A stretch of 64,000 nt of DNA from Laetmonice hystrix (Eukaryota): NCBI GenBank assembly GCA_965235115.1, contig OZ249436.1, positions 35,466,001-35,530,000 on the forward strand, given 5' to 3'. The stretch's first letter is position 1; each line of letters starts with the position of its first letter. The notes under the pieces are model-generated. The model made no database searches, had not been told where the DNA came from, and saw nothing but the letters and a program-made list of their open reading frames with translations. Of the stretch, positions 36,678 to 50,640 are shown one piece after another. A program made the position numbers and the translations under genes.

Positions 36678-38475
36678 TCACATATTTCACCCGCGGCCAA
36701 TGCGGCCAAAGCAAACTTTCCTAAAAGACGCCATTTATATAGTGTCGTCGCGTTGAGAAAGGCATAGGTACCGCTTCAGTTGTTTTGGAAAGTCAGGTCT
36801 CAATGGGTAAGAGTGAGTGTGTCCCGGGAGGGTTTGAAATGTTGTTATAATGTCGCCGATAGGACGTTCCTCCTCCAGCCTATTGATATAATCGGACCGT
36901 GGTGTCAATCACTGATGGCCTATTAGCATACAACGCCCATTAAGTGGCCACCATTCATCCTTGCTTCACCAGATACAATCTTTGCCGCATTAAGGAGGCT
37001 ACCTTTGGAAACCTGTCACCTGAAAACTTTTTCACAGTTACAGCATCTCATGACGAAACCAATGACTAGGGCAGACCCCAACCTCCGAAGTCATATACGA
37101 AACTGAAGATTCCAGCGATTTATTTCCATATTCAGACTAAAAGTTTACGATATACACACATTTATGTACAATGAGGATATATTAACTGCGGTAATGCAAG
37201 CCGCCGGCGTGACATCTCATAATAACCCCCTATAAAACTGACCCCCTGCTCGTTATACTGTCTGTAATATAACCTCGATGGGTACTATTTCCTTAATAAT
37301 AATAACCCCCTTTAACCAAATGTAGCCCTGCGGACACCAAGGAGAGTGTAGAGACCTATAATGGCGACCCTACGGTTCAATATAGGGGGCGATCATTGGA
37401 TTGAAACCTCAAGTGAATTAAGCAGGAGGTGATTTCAAAAACTTCACGACGCATGACATGTCTATCAATGACTTTAGCTCGATAACGACAGGCACCCCAT
37501 TAAAGTTACCCACCCCCTTTACGTAATGTTACCCCTTAGTTTTTAGAGCTTACCACACACAAAAAATCCCATCATGACACGGTCGTTGTATATAGTTATC
37601 GTCATTCATTATTCGGCGATAAGTACCGTCATTATGTTTGAGAGCAGTTATTATACGTGGAGAGAGAAAGGGTTTTGGGGTCGGTGTCATTTCTTGGTCA
37701 CAATCAACCAGGAAGTGATGTGGTAATCACTGTTGTCCCACAGAAGTAACGAGCACAATGATTATGGTAGACCAGAACATTCCCATGTTGAGCAAATAAA
37801 GTCTAAGTTAAATGACTATAAACTTCAAACTCCAAAATTCAATCAAAATGACACGAATCCTCGGTAAAAGGACATGGTCGAGACGGAATGAAGGTCAACA
37901 AGTGGGTATAACACCGGAAAGGGTAATAAGTAAATCATCGAAATGGGCGCTGTTAGTGAAGTCTCTCGGTGTACTTAACCAGGTGAGATCGGCCACGTAA
38001 TCCGATCCCATACACCACTGGTGCATGCGGCCATGAGATATGATAAACTACGGGTTATTCTATTTCATTGCATTCCAAGCAAATGCTTGGATGAAAACTT
38101 GTTTTGTCGCCGAGGTCATGTGTCTGATGGAAGTGGCAGCCACAGCCTGAGGATGTCTACAAGCGAGGGGTTTGGTGGAGGCAAGGCTCGTTGGTCAGAC
38201 CTGTTGTCTGGTATAACTTCTCCCTCCGTTATTAGAGAACTGCCTGTCTGAGAGCACCGCGTGGGCAGGGCGCGGGTGGTCCCCAACAGGTGCCCACCAC
38301 ACTCCACATCACCCCGCCGCCCCGGGGCCTCACCCCTCGGCACCTCGGACCTCACCCCAACACCCCTAGAACACCCCCCGAATGTAGACGGTTTAAAAAA
38401 AACTCTCATAATGACAGCTGTAAGCGCGCCGCGGTCAAGTGGCCGACGACGCCCCGTTACGATGCCGTCGGCGGG

Positions 38476-38478
<3 letters not shown>

Positions 38479-38516
<38 letters not shown>

Positions 38517-38517
38517 A

Positions 38518-38563
<46 letters not shown>

Positions 38564-38709
38564 TACAGATACAGAGAGAGAGAGAGACAGATGGAGACAA
38601 CTAGAGACAGATAGAGACAGACAGAGAGAAAATAAAGAGAGACAGATAAAGACAGACAGATAGAGAGAGACAGAGAGAGGCAGAGAGAGACAGATAGAGA
38701 CAGAGAGCG

Positions 38710-38757
<48 letters not shown>
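38479..38757. repeat. (GA)n / GACA compound microsatellite
   Basis: Direct reading. Confidence 0.97.
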
Positions 38758-38813
38758 CAAGCATCGCGTCTGCATCGCGTCTGTATACGGCGTGACTGGT
38801 GCAGGAATGACCG

Positions 38814-40036
38814 GGCTGGTTATCCCTGTACCGAGACGACGAGCTGGTTATCCCTGTACCGAGACGACGAGCTGGTTATCCCTGTACCGAGACGACGAGC
38901 TGGTTATCCCTGTACCGAGACGACGAGCTGGTTATCCCTGTACCGAGACGACGAGCTGGTTATCCCTGTACCGAGACGACGAGCTGGTTATCCCTGTACC
39001 GAGACGACGAGCTCCCTGTACCGAGACGACGAGCTGGTTATCCCTGTACCGAGACGACGAGCTGGTTATCCCTGTACCGAGACGACGAGCTGGTTATCCC
39101 TGTACCGAGACGACGAGCTGGTTATCCCTGGTTATCCCTGTACCGAGACGACGAGCTGGTTATCCCTGGTTATCCCTGTACCGAGACGACGAGCTGGTTA
39201 TCCCTGGTTATCCCTGTACCGAGACGACGAGCTGGTTATCCCTGGTTATCCCTGTACCGAGACGACGAGCTGGTTATCCCTGGTTATCCCTGTACCGAGA
39301 CGACGAGCTGGTTTTCCCTGGTTATCCATGTACCGAGACGACGAGCTGGTTATCCCTGTACCGAGACGACGAGTTGGTTATCCCTGTACCGAGACGACGA
39401 GCTGGTTATCCCTGTACCGAGACGACGAGCTGGTTATCCCTGGTTATCCCTGTACCGAGACGACGAGCTGGTTATCCCTGGTTATCCCTGTACCGAGACG
39501 ACGAGCTGGTTTTCCCTGGTTATCCATGTACCGAGACGACGAGCTGGTTATCTCTGTACCGAGACGACGAGCTGGTTATCCCTGTACCGAGACGACGAGC
39601 TGGTTATCCATGTACCGAGACGACGAGCTGGTTATCCCTGTACCGAGACGACGAGCTGGTTATCCCTGTACCGGGACGACGAGCTGGTTATCGCTGTACC
39701 GAGACGACGAGCTGGTTATCCCTGTACCGAGACGACGAGCTGGTTATCCCTGTACCGAGACGACGAGCTGGTTATCCCTGTACCGAGACGACGAGCTGGT
39801 TACCGAGACGACGAGCTGGTTATCCCTGTACCGAGACGACGAGCTGGTTATCCCTGTACCGAGACGACGAGCTGGTTATCCCTGTACCGAGACGACGAGC
39901 TGGTTATCCCTGTACCGAGACGACGAGCTGGTTATCCCTGTACCGAGACGACGAGCTGGTTATCCCTGTACCGAGACGACGAGCTGGTTATCCCTGTACC
40001 GAGACGACGAGCTGGTTATCCCTGTACCGAGACGAC
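38814..40036. repeat. 28-bp minisatellite, about 40 copies
   Basis: Unit GAGCTGGTTATCCCTGTACCGAGACGAC; some units carry an extra CTGGTTATCC. Confidence 0.98.
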
Positions 40037-43000
40037 GGCCAAGTTTTACCACATTTGATTTGTGAGTGTATAATCCACTGAGTCGGTGGGAGAAAAAGAA
40101 GAGTAATTGATATTTGCCGAACACGGGATGTCAACCGGCTGAGTGTCTGCCGATGGTAAAATAGTCACGTGTCTGTCTATACCACATTCTGTAAATGATA
40201 CTGTCGCTATAGGATCCCTAATTATATTCTGATTTACTTTACTCTGGGTTTTTTTAACCACTATTCATTGGCATTAGTTATATGCTTGATTTCACTTCCT
40301 GTATGCATTCTGTATAGAGCAAAACATGTTGCGCCGCATACAACGGCTCCCCACAGATCTGTATCTAACTGTGTACACTATACCTACACTATATATACAG
40401 TGTGTTGTTTTAAATCAATTGACACCAAGTAACGATAATGAAATTAATATTTCGAGAAATATTTTTCTAGTTCGTAGAACAGCAGTGTAAGTAACTTAAC
40501 ATGACATATATTTGGCGGGTTTGACCTATTGTATAGGATGCACATATTTCAGGAATATTTCTCGCACCAGTGTGGTACAGAGTGGGCTGTTTCTCAAGTA
40601 AGACGTTGGAGGGATAACGTTACCCTGTATGTATATGTCTTGTATACGATATATTTCGTCTCGTCATTGATTGATGGTCGACGCCATGTTAGAAAACTAT
40701 CCGATCAACGCTTTTAAATGTGAATGGCTTTTTATTACCTAAGCGTATTGAGCAGGTAGATAGAACGAGGTCAAAGGTACAGAAATTGCATCGGCTTCTC
40801 AATGTCCGCCTCAGGCTGTGCCTCGTTTGACTGATGGGTGCAGGCTCTGAGGCTATGCCACCCAAGTCAATCCCCAGCCCATAGACTTTCTATATAATGT
40901 GGTCACCGAAAAAAGGAAATGACAACACAACCAAAAAGGTTGATGGTGAGGGGGCCTATAAAGGAAAAGAATTGTTCTGAGGGAGTCACGACACATACAT
41001 GTGTGCACATAATGATGACTGATATACTATAGGGCCATTATTGTTTATTTGGCTGTGTAGTGGAATTTTTTTTTTTTTTTTTTTTTTGGGGGGGGGGGGA
41101 ATAAAACATTGCAAATATTACGAGCGTTCAAAGGAACACAGTGCAGCTGGCGTTTGTCGTTACTATCTCGTATGTCGCTAATCATTCTCCTTCTTTTAAA
41201 TATTGTTCATCTCATTTTCCCTATTGATATATTCCTTCCCCTGCAGGTTCAAAACCTCTTTAGTTTCCGTTGACATTGTGCAATTATTGGATGTAATCGA
41301 TATAAAGAGTGTGAATAGGGTATCGGAGAATGGAAACGTCTTTTTGACGTATCACAGACGGGCTCGGACTGTCCGGACTCACAGGCATGTCGTACAGTAC
41401 CCTGGCATTAGGGTTCAGTCTCGTATATTACTCATGGTATACCAATATCATTTGGTTATCTCACAGGTCAATATATCCCTGTCTCTGGGTTCGGCCTTTG
41501 TTGCCCATAATATATCGGGTACTACTTTTGGGGTGTAATGAATCTGATGTAATAAAATCTGATTACACATGCTTTAAATCACTGTGAGTGTTAGTGAAGT
41601 ACATGTATCAGTATACCGCAGGTTTGAAATGTATAGCAGTTTCAAGAAAAGTTGTAGAATCGACAGCCGTGGGAAATCCATGCACCAGTTTGATTCATTC
41701 AATCCTATATGGTCGCCTTTCTCTGTAGAAACCTTTGGAGACCAATCAGGCCAGTACTTTCGCGTATATATACATGCACCTCCCCAACCCGCCCCCATTA
41801 GTTGGCATTACCAAACATGCAATGGCGTTTGCTGTACATTTAAACGGTCTGCTGGAATCTAATTGCGATATATACTTATTGTCGACTTCAAAGTCGAGAA
41901 CCGTCGCTCACAAACCAAACGACCTCTTTGAACCCGACAGTAGCGGACGTCGTATAAGCCCTTCATATGTCTGTCATCCCAAGTAGGTCTTCAGAAGTTA
42001 AATTAAATCTCAATCGGCACCGTGGAGCTGGAAGATGCGCTTTAGGATAAGTTGACAGGTAACAAGTGCTGGGATGGGGGCTGTTAAAGCGATGATTTAG
42101 AGGTGGTAGTCGTTGTTGGCGGGCGGTGCGGTGGGCTGACCTGTGGGTGGGCCACCCAGCCCCGCCACCCGGCCCACCTTTTATGTGGCGCAACGTGAAT
42201 TTTATTACTCTCTACCCGACTACTGATGAAGCGTGTGAAATATCATCATTGAAATGTATCCATTATTCACAGAGTTCGGCATCGTTACCTGTGCACGATA
42301 CTGAGAATAGCTTCGCACAAAGAAAGGATATAGCAACACAGCAGCAGACAACGATTAATACTATAATGGACATTTACATGACATTGAATCCTATAATGGT
42401 CACATGACATTGTTATACATGCATGATTATAATGACTTGTATAGGCCAGACATTATATAGATGATACATAAATTTATGTTCCTTTTATTTGTTATGTGAA
42501 ACATTTGTCCATAAAACCCCAACAAACTATCCTTCAATGAAAACACGCATATTTCCGCATTAATATAGCCTAAGCTGAATGTATATCCTTTTAGGTTTTA
42601 GGTGACAGGTTTCTAAAGGTGGATTTCGTACTCTGTTATTGACGTGTCCTTGCTACAGTTTACATGTACATGTATATGGCCAGTGGTGTCCAGTGAACCT
42701 CCGTCGAATCATGCCGTCATTATACCCAGTGATTTATGTTGTTTCAAAAGGTGCATCATGTCAAAAATACTATCTGTTCTAGCCACGTGAGATAATCATC
42801 TGGAAATGAATTTCGCTGCTTTCAATTACCTATATGTGGAAAAGAACGACTTCCATTCAAGCCAGTAAAAGCCCCTCTTAAAAAGAGAAAAAAGTAGCTT
42901 GGCTAACGTATTACTTGCTAACTTAAGACTGACTTTATAACAATAAGGTTTTAACCTGTAATGACTGGTTAGAATGCGTTAGCCCTATATTTATGAGTGT

Positions 43001-46000
43001 CGGGTCTGATCGACCGACATGGGCAATTTATCTTCCAACTTTTGTGAGATTGAGCTGAATGGGGCATGACTGAATTGCTTGAGAATTTAATCGCATTTTC
43101 TATGTGGACAAGGACTGGGGTTCGTCATTGTCCACGCCAACGTCTATCACTGAAATAGATCGTTGTCTGTTTCCTCACTGATACTGTCTTCTCCCGCTGT
43201 GGTCAACACCATGTAAACAGCAGTGCACGTTTCAGGCTAGATCGAGAGGCTCTTTATATCCCTAGTTTCAGGCCTGCATTACCGTGCACTTTTTCAGGGA
43301 CCTGTTAAATTTCGTTCGAGCTATGCATGGATAGGACTGGGCGGTTCTCAATTTGATGACCCACATTATCCAGAAGGAAATACTTAGTAGTCAGGGGCGG
43401 GTGCCATGCAGAGTTTGGCTTTCAGGGTGTGCCTGTTGCGGAGCTGAAGAGGCAGCATCAACCGGGTTTGCTCTAAATCCCAACGAAAGCTAATCTGGTG
43501 CCATTATCCCACTAATAGATGCACGTAGTTGACATGGGCGTTCGGGGCCAACTATTTATCCCCTGGGCTACAGCATTGAGAGCCATCGGGAGATGCCATC
43601 TTCGCCGGCATCAAGCTCTATAGCAGGCCTTGAAAATGTTTAGGTGTGCTCTAAGAATACATCGCTTCTAATCAGATCTCTTGGCACCAGCGACGACAAT
43701 CAGATAAAATGCGTGCCCTGCCCACGAAAAAACCCCTGACATCTATAGTGTGGCGCAACTACATAAAGGAGGAGACGTCGCGACGACAGATGTTGGCTGG
43801 GGTAGTAGTGAGGGGGGGGGGCAGTGGTCAGGAGGGGCGCACGGCACCAAGACGAGCCCCTTCCGACGGGCACACACACACACCCCGAGTGGCCGGAAAC
43901 TTAAGTGCCGCCTCGTCGACCCGCCATTGAGAGGCGGGACCATGAGTCCTCGTCGCTAGTCGGTGATTTCAACAGGCACCAGCATGAAAAACAATGCCTC
44001 GATGCATCTGAGCATCTTGTTATTGTTGATCACTATCTTGTTGTTGATGATCATGATGACTCGGCCCGGTTGAGGAGAGGTCTTAAGGACGTGAATATGG
44101 ACGATAGGGCTGTATCGCCCACGTCGTCGACATAGCATTGTTGACCCACTCTGGGTTTAGATGGAGCTGTGAGTTGTAAGCCTGCTTACCCAGCTGATGG
44201 ATGGCCTCAGAGAAGGCTATCGCCACAATCTGACTGGACGAATACTTATACTGTTGGAGCTCGGAGCTGCTGCAGGCCAGCTGCTCGCTGATATAGGGGT
44301 ACCATTCTCTCTGAACACACATGGTGTGATCACTAACCACACAACCACATGGAAAATAACTTAAGGAATGTTGGTATCTTAGTCTTTGGAGAAAACCATT
44401 AATAATACACAGCATCCTCTCTATACGAGCCAGTCATACTTGGACGTCGATAATGTACAGCACCATGTATGTTACAATAATATTGAAAGAAAATTATAAC
44501 TGCCGGCTTTAACCTTATAGAATCAACAATGTATAAAATCATGCATTAACTAATAGTGCTTGGTAGCCTACATATACAGTCGATAATGTGCAACAGCACC
44601 ATATGACATGCATACGTATACAGTACATGTACATGTACTTGTGGATGGGAGAGTGCGTGTTGAGGGGAGAGGGAATGTACGTACGGGACTGCCACACTAG
44701 AAATGATGAGAAAGTGTAATTAACAAACATACATGGGCATTTGAATAAATAACAACGGATGTCTGCCCCTAACATCCAACGTAGCCATTGTATGGTTACG
44801 TTGTTCAATGTGTGACTTATAGTTGTTCAATGCGTGACTTATAGTTTCCCATTCTGGAACTTGCTTTAGTGTGGATTTATATTGTTTGGTAGGGTAAGAA
44901 TGTAGAGTTGCTTCGATTAAAACCCCCTATATTATGCTCACTGGTCACTGCCCCGTGCCACTACCCATTGCTGACCGGAGAGAAAACTTGGGTCTCCCCC
45001 GCCAGGAGGGAGTCTCATCAAGAGTTCTAAACCGCGGGAGAAGGACAGTAACCAATCAGCGATGGAGGGGGGGGGGGGGGTGCTCGAATCGTATCTGTCT
45101 GTGCACGGTCCGGCTCATGCAATGCTGTCTACTAGGGCTCGTCAACAACCGACCAGCTATCAGGACACATATCAAGCCGCATGCATTATACAATTGAGCC
45201 AAGTCCGCGCAATCCCTCCAACTTTTTCCCGAGCTTCCATCCGACGAATCTGTGCCCGGAAATATTTTCAAGTTAATAACACTTGATGACAGTGGCGCAG
45301 CGAGAGGGATTTGTTGCCCGGGCTGGGATCTAGCGGCAAGGCGCTCGGTTTTAATTCTATCAGGCGGCGTGGCCAAGCACTTAGGCCGCCCATATCGGCC
45401 CGTCCTAATGCTGCCTCTCGCGGTAATAACTTTCCGACATCGTGCTGTATAAATAATGGAGCCAAATTGGAAAACGAAGCTAAATTCCTAAGTGGTGGCG
45501 CTGAGAAATAGCATTATTGACGCGAGAGCGCATCATTTCATATATACTATCAGCCTACACCCGGAGAGCAAATTGGGACGTTTAAATGGAAGTAATTTCG
45601 GAGGAAATTGAAGCCGGAAGCGGTCCCGTTTGGCCTAATCCATCAACCGAACCGCGATCAGATAATGTATAAATTATTAGTAAGATCAGCCTAAATTCAG
45701 AAGTTAGTTTGCCGAAATTAATTATTCAGCCGATAAAGTGGGGTGGCATTTTTGTGTGCTCGCGCCCGTCGCGGCCTAAGCCGAGCTTGATACGGACGGA
45801 TGTAATTCGGGCGCCGTCATGTTTTGCAAATACAAGCGCCTACAAATCGCTGTGATTGCAGCAATATGGATGGCGACCGACGCAGGAATTTACTTGTGAT
45901 TTGGATGCGACCGTTTATGCCAACGGTGAGATGTGTTGGCAAATGGCACTCAATCAGACCAGCAATCCCGGCTTTGGTGCGGCAGACGATTTGACGGGCA

Positions 46001-49000
46001 ACTGATGGTTATTGCTGGATTGAGCGGACGAACTTGGCAGGCTGGTCCGGTCAACTGAGTTTAGTTACTTCAGAAGGTAGCAGGACTGCTACATGAGCAT
46101 CCTCCAACAGGTTCTCGGCAATAAGGACTGGTATGTCTGTATCCCCGCGCGTTGTAAGAAAACACATTAGGGGACCTACGTTCAACAATAAAGATGCACG
46201 TAATCTATGTACATGGGGAATAAGAAAACCTACATCTGTTGAGAGGGAAGTATACACATGTATATAGGGCCTACTCGTGCTTATATAGGCCTAGAGGCAA
46301 CTATTAACCTATATAAGCTTAACCCTGGTATCCCATTCATTATGCACTTAACATGCATGTACTCGTGAACGAGCATAATGTTCGAGAAGGGTCCCTCTGT
46401 ACGATGCGCACACGAAACCGGAAGTTGACTGAGCGAGGCGTTATGTGGTTAAAAGAGGTTGATATACATTGACTAACAGTGATTTTGACGACAATCATGA
46501 CAAAACTACCACGGATGTATTTGATATGTATGCATCATTTGGAAGTGGAGAGTTTATTGATATGCATGATTGTATATAGTTTTCATGGTCGACTGAGCAA
46601 CCACGGTGGAGCAACACTTGATAAAATAACCTCCAATAGCTTTGCTCCAATAGCTATGGAACTCAGGAATGGATTGTGCTGAGCCCTTCACTGCCGTTCA
46701 AGAGAATTAAGGATCGTAAATCTGCAGAAAATGAAACAGGAAAAGAAAACATTATTGTCATGATTTAATTCCAACCTTAAATGGCAGGAAACAGTATTTT
46801 TTCCTTCTGAATTTTCTAAGAAGTCGTCGCTCCGAAATTGTATTATCGCACATGTTGATGGTTGTCTCTCTGGATCAACGTGGCCATCAAAACTTCCTTT
46901 GATCTTTCATGTGAACGTCATGTAACATGCGTCACCTGAAAAACATTGAGATGAATTTTAGTGGTAAGTAAATGTAGGCAGCTCTCAATAATAGATATAT
47001 TAATAGCTGATAACACTAATGAAGAATCACTAATCCAAATCCGCGGATGTCGACGCTTAGTTTCACGGCTCTTGCAACTGGAAGCCACCTGTCAATCTTT
47101 ACATCTGATTGGTCAGCGACAGCATGCCCAGACATCGAGCAATTATACGACTTCCGAAAAGACATCGGAGACATCCTCCAGCCCGTGGTCTCCATACAGA
47201 AGTTCTCCAGGCATGAATTATACGGGTCCGATGCATGCATGGTGCAGGCCCAATGAAAGCACAGATTTCAAACTTGAGGTCACAAATGTTTGAGGCACAC
47301 TGATGTTTTAACACCCAGGACTTGCATGCACAGTTGCACCTAGGATTCATGGAATTCGGGCTAGGAGTTAATCACTTGGCCTTCATATGATTCTGTAGTT
47401 ATAGATAAACTATACGAGTATATATGTTGAAGGAAGACAATTAGAAACCTTTAGCTAGTCTACAAATTCAGTTGACCGACTCGTGATACTGATTGCTTCC
47501 ATGAATACGGCTCCTGTCCTGGAGTAAAGGGATTCGTCAGAGCTCTACAATAACTCATCCGTACAACGAACCGGGTCCGAACGTCTCTAGTATCAGGATA
47601 TGGCCTGCTCCTATTCCCGGTTCATATTGATTATCTGGACAGTGAGAGGGGGGAAACGACCCGGGTTAAATCACAGGAAAATTGTTGGTTTCTAGAACAG
47701 TTTATTGAGTACGTATAGTTGTCAACGTGCCCGCACTGGGTCCATTGATGGGCAATGGTGCAAGACTCAGTGCAGTAACACCTGCCCCTGGGGACCCCAG
47801 ACCACGAGGGGGCGACCACTCCACTGGTTTGGAGACGTGGAAAGAAAGGGGTGGTTGGCAGGCGGTAAACCTAGAGCTGCACTCTTTAGATTGGGGTTGA
47901 GAAGAGATAGATGTGAGCAGCCGACCATGTCAACCTCACCGATGACTCCTTGCGGCGGCGACGTCGATCACATTTCACCTAATTGCTTCGCCTTTGCGAC
48001 CCCCCAACTCCTACGTCACGAGGCCGCATGAGGCGTATATACCAAGCATATATATACATGTACACACACACATATTCTCCGCTTGATAATGTGGGTGGAT
48101 TTAGCGACGACTCGCTAATATATTTACCGTCTGGCAGCAACAATAGCGAAGGGCTGTCGCCGCGCTGAGATTCGCACCGGAAAGGCGTCGTTCTCGACAC
48201 AGAAGGAAACGCTAAATCCGAGACGAAGAACCTTTCGCCAAACACGCTCGGGGTGCCGTGTCCACATGGCCATATGGCTGTCACACTTTTGCACGTACGT
48301 GTGGACTTTGAGCGGCAACTGTAGATGGACACATAGGTAGTTCTTAGTTTACATTTAGTATCGCTTTCTTGAGTGAGAGAAGGGTTGGATTAGTGGCACT
48401 CTGACAACTACTCACCGCTCAGCGAGTTCGAGGCGCCAAGCCGAGTTTGCGGGTCTCCGTTGACCCCGACTAAACCGTTTGGCGACACGATGACGGGGTA
48501 TTCGGTCGGGCGGAGGGGAGGCCAACACACCTGCACCTCTAACATGAAAATCATTTGGCGGCGTCTGCATTAAAAACGAGAGCACTCGTCATATATTGTG
48601 GCGCACACCGAGTAATGACCAAGCAAACACAAGGCCGTGAAGGCACGAGCCACCGAGCTCGGCCGCGCAGTGGGTGGTATATTTGGCTTGGTATGCACAC
48701 AGGGCTTACAAATGTTGGAACACACCAAGTAAAGTTATACCATCTGAGTCAGTAGGAAAAACGATGTCTTTGACGTGTTGTGATGAGATTGGAACTCGGC
48801 TCTCACTTTCTATCCTCCCCTATAGCGCTGTTATAAATAACATTGAAAGATTCTCAACGTTACAGAATGCATACTACCTCTCGCCCTAACTATATAGTTT
48901 ACATTTACTTGTTATCTCTCTCCGAAAATGTGAACTCTATACTTGCCCTGTTCAAATTAGTACATGGTGGTATATGGAATTTTATTTATGTGTGCGGGTA

Positions 49001-50179
49001 CACTTTCTCTATTCACGTTCAATACCAGTGCAAACGTTGCAATTGTGTAGATAAGACATGTAGTTCTTGTACTCACTGGTATATCGGGCCTAGGGGCAGG
49101 CCGTACAGTTTATCTGCAGGTTCGAGTTACTTAGTACGTTCTCCCTAGTTCGGAGATTTGTATCTACAAGTTCGGATGCCCTTTTAACATTTGAAATCGG
49201 GCGCATCGCAGTATAAGTACGTGTATATGTAAAGTAAGCCGTATTTAACATGGAAGCGTTAACTTGTATCAAAATGTTATATTTGATACAGTCATGTAGA
49301 ATCACCTTGGTATGTACAATATACTTCCTGTGTGCAGACCTAATCTGCAAACTCGAAGGTCCTGGCCGCGGGAGTCAACGCTTTGTTTCATAGCCCCTGC
49401 AACCGGAAGCCATCTTTCTGTCTTAGCATATCCTTTTGAATAATTACATTATCGCACTTTAAAGTTTGACTGATATACATCTACAATTATATTCTAAAGA
49501 TTCAGAGTTATCAGAACTACTATTTACGATCATTACGGTATTCTAGTATAGTTTGGTCTTCTTTTGAACATGCATGTGACTTAAAGGCCCACTGTATACT
49601 TGTCGAAGAGAGTGGCGCCCCCTGGATACCCGGCCCAAGTCGGTTTCATAACGTACTCCGCTCACCTACATGTATAAGGACCTATTGATATCCCACTAAC
49701 ATATGATTTAGCTGTTTCAAATAATGTACGTAATATTATTTCCTACGCGACCTATAGTTGTAGCTACGCCTATGCAACTCATTTTTCGGGAATTGATGCG
49801 AGGAATCTTGTCTTGCTTCGGAAGTTCCTTTGGTGGCTTCTCAACAACATATACATGGGAGACATTTTAGTTGTGTTATGAAAGCATAAACCAACGTCCT
49901 CCTCTGACGCTGGCTCTCTGATCCCATGCCATCATCTTTCTGCCTTATCTTATATTTTTACCATTCATTTATGATGTAGGTGCTATAGATGGTAAAAACT
50001 CCTTATAAAACTAACGGTGCAATGTCCAGTACGGCCACAGCTCACAGACAGTGCCTCATATCACAAAAGTGTTCTTATCGATAAGTTTGAATTATCGGCC
50101 GCCATTATATAGGGAGACGTTCACTTCCCTGAAGAAATATATCAGAGTTTGTTGGCGGGGAATTCTGGTTGTAGATCGC

Positions 50180-50640
50180 CCTCGACCTTGGTTATAATAG
50201 GTCTGTACTACTCCTCGACCTTGGTTATAATAGGTCTGTACTACTCCTCGACCTTGGTTATAATAGGTCTGTACTACTCCTCGACCTTGGTTATAATAGG
50301 TCTGTACTACTCCTCGACCTTGGTTATAATAGGTCTGTACTACTCCTCGACCTTGGTTATAATAGGTCTGTACTACTCCTCGACCTTGGTTATAATAGGT
50401 CTGTACTACTCCTCGACCTTGGTTATAATAGGTCTGTACTACTCCTCGACCTTGGTTATAATAGGTCTGTACTACTCCTCGACCTTGGTTATAATAGGTC
50501 TGTACTACTCCTCGACCTTGGTTATAATAGGTCTGTACTACTCCTCGACCTCGGTTATAATAGGTCTGTACTACTCCTCGACCTTGGTTATAATAGGTCT
50601 GTACTACTCCTCGACCTTGGTTATAATAGGTCTGTACTAC
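50180..50640. repeat. 33-bp near-perfect minisatellite x14
   Basis: Unit CTCCTCGACCTTGGTTATAATAGGTCTGTACTA. Confidence 0.98.

Noticed and set aside
38116..40081. 429-aa, 245-aa and LSLS/ERER ORFs
   Set aside because: Derived from a (GA)n microsatellite and a 28-bp minisatellite whose length is not a multiple of three.
46961..47350. Overlapping ORFs of 70-110 aa
   Set aside because: No recognisable homology or consistent splice structure.
38814..50640. CRISPR-array interpretation of the 28- and 33-bp repeats
   Set aside because: Units are head-to-tail with no unique spacers, there are no cas genes, and the context is a spliceosomal-intron animal genome.
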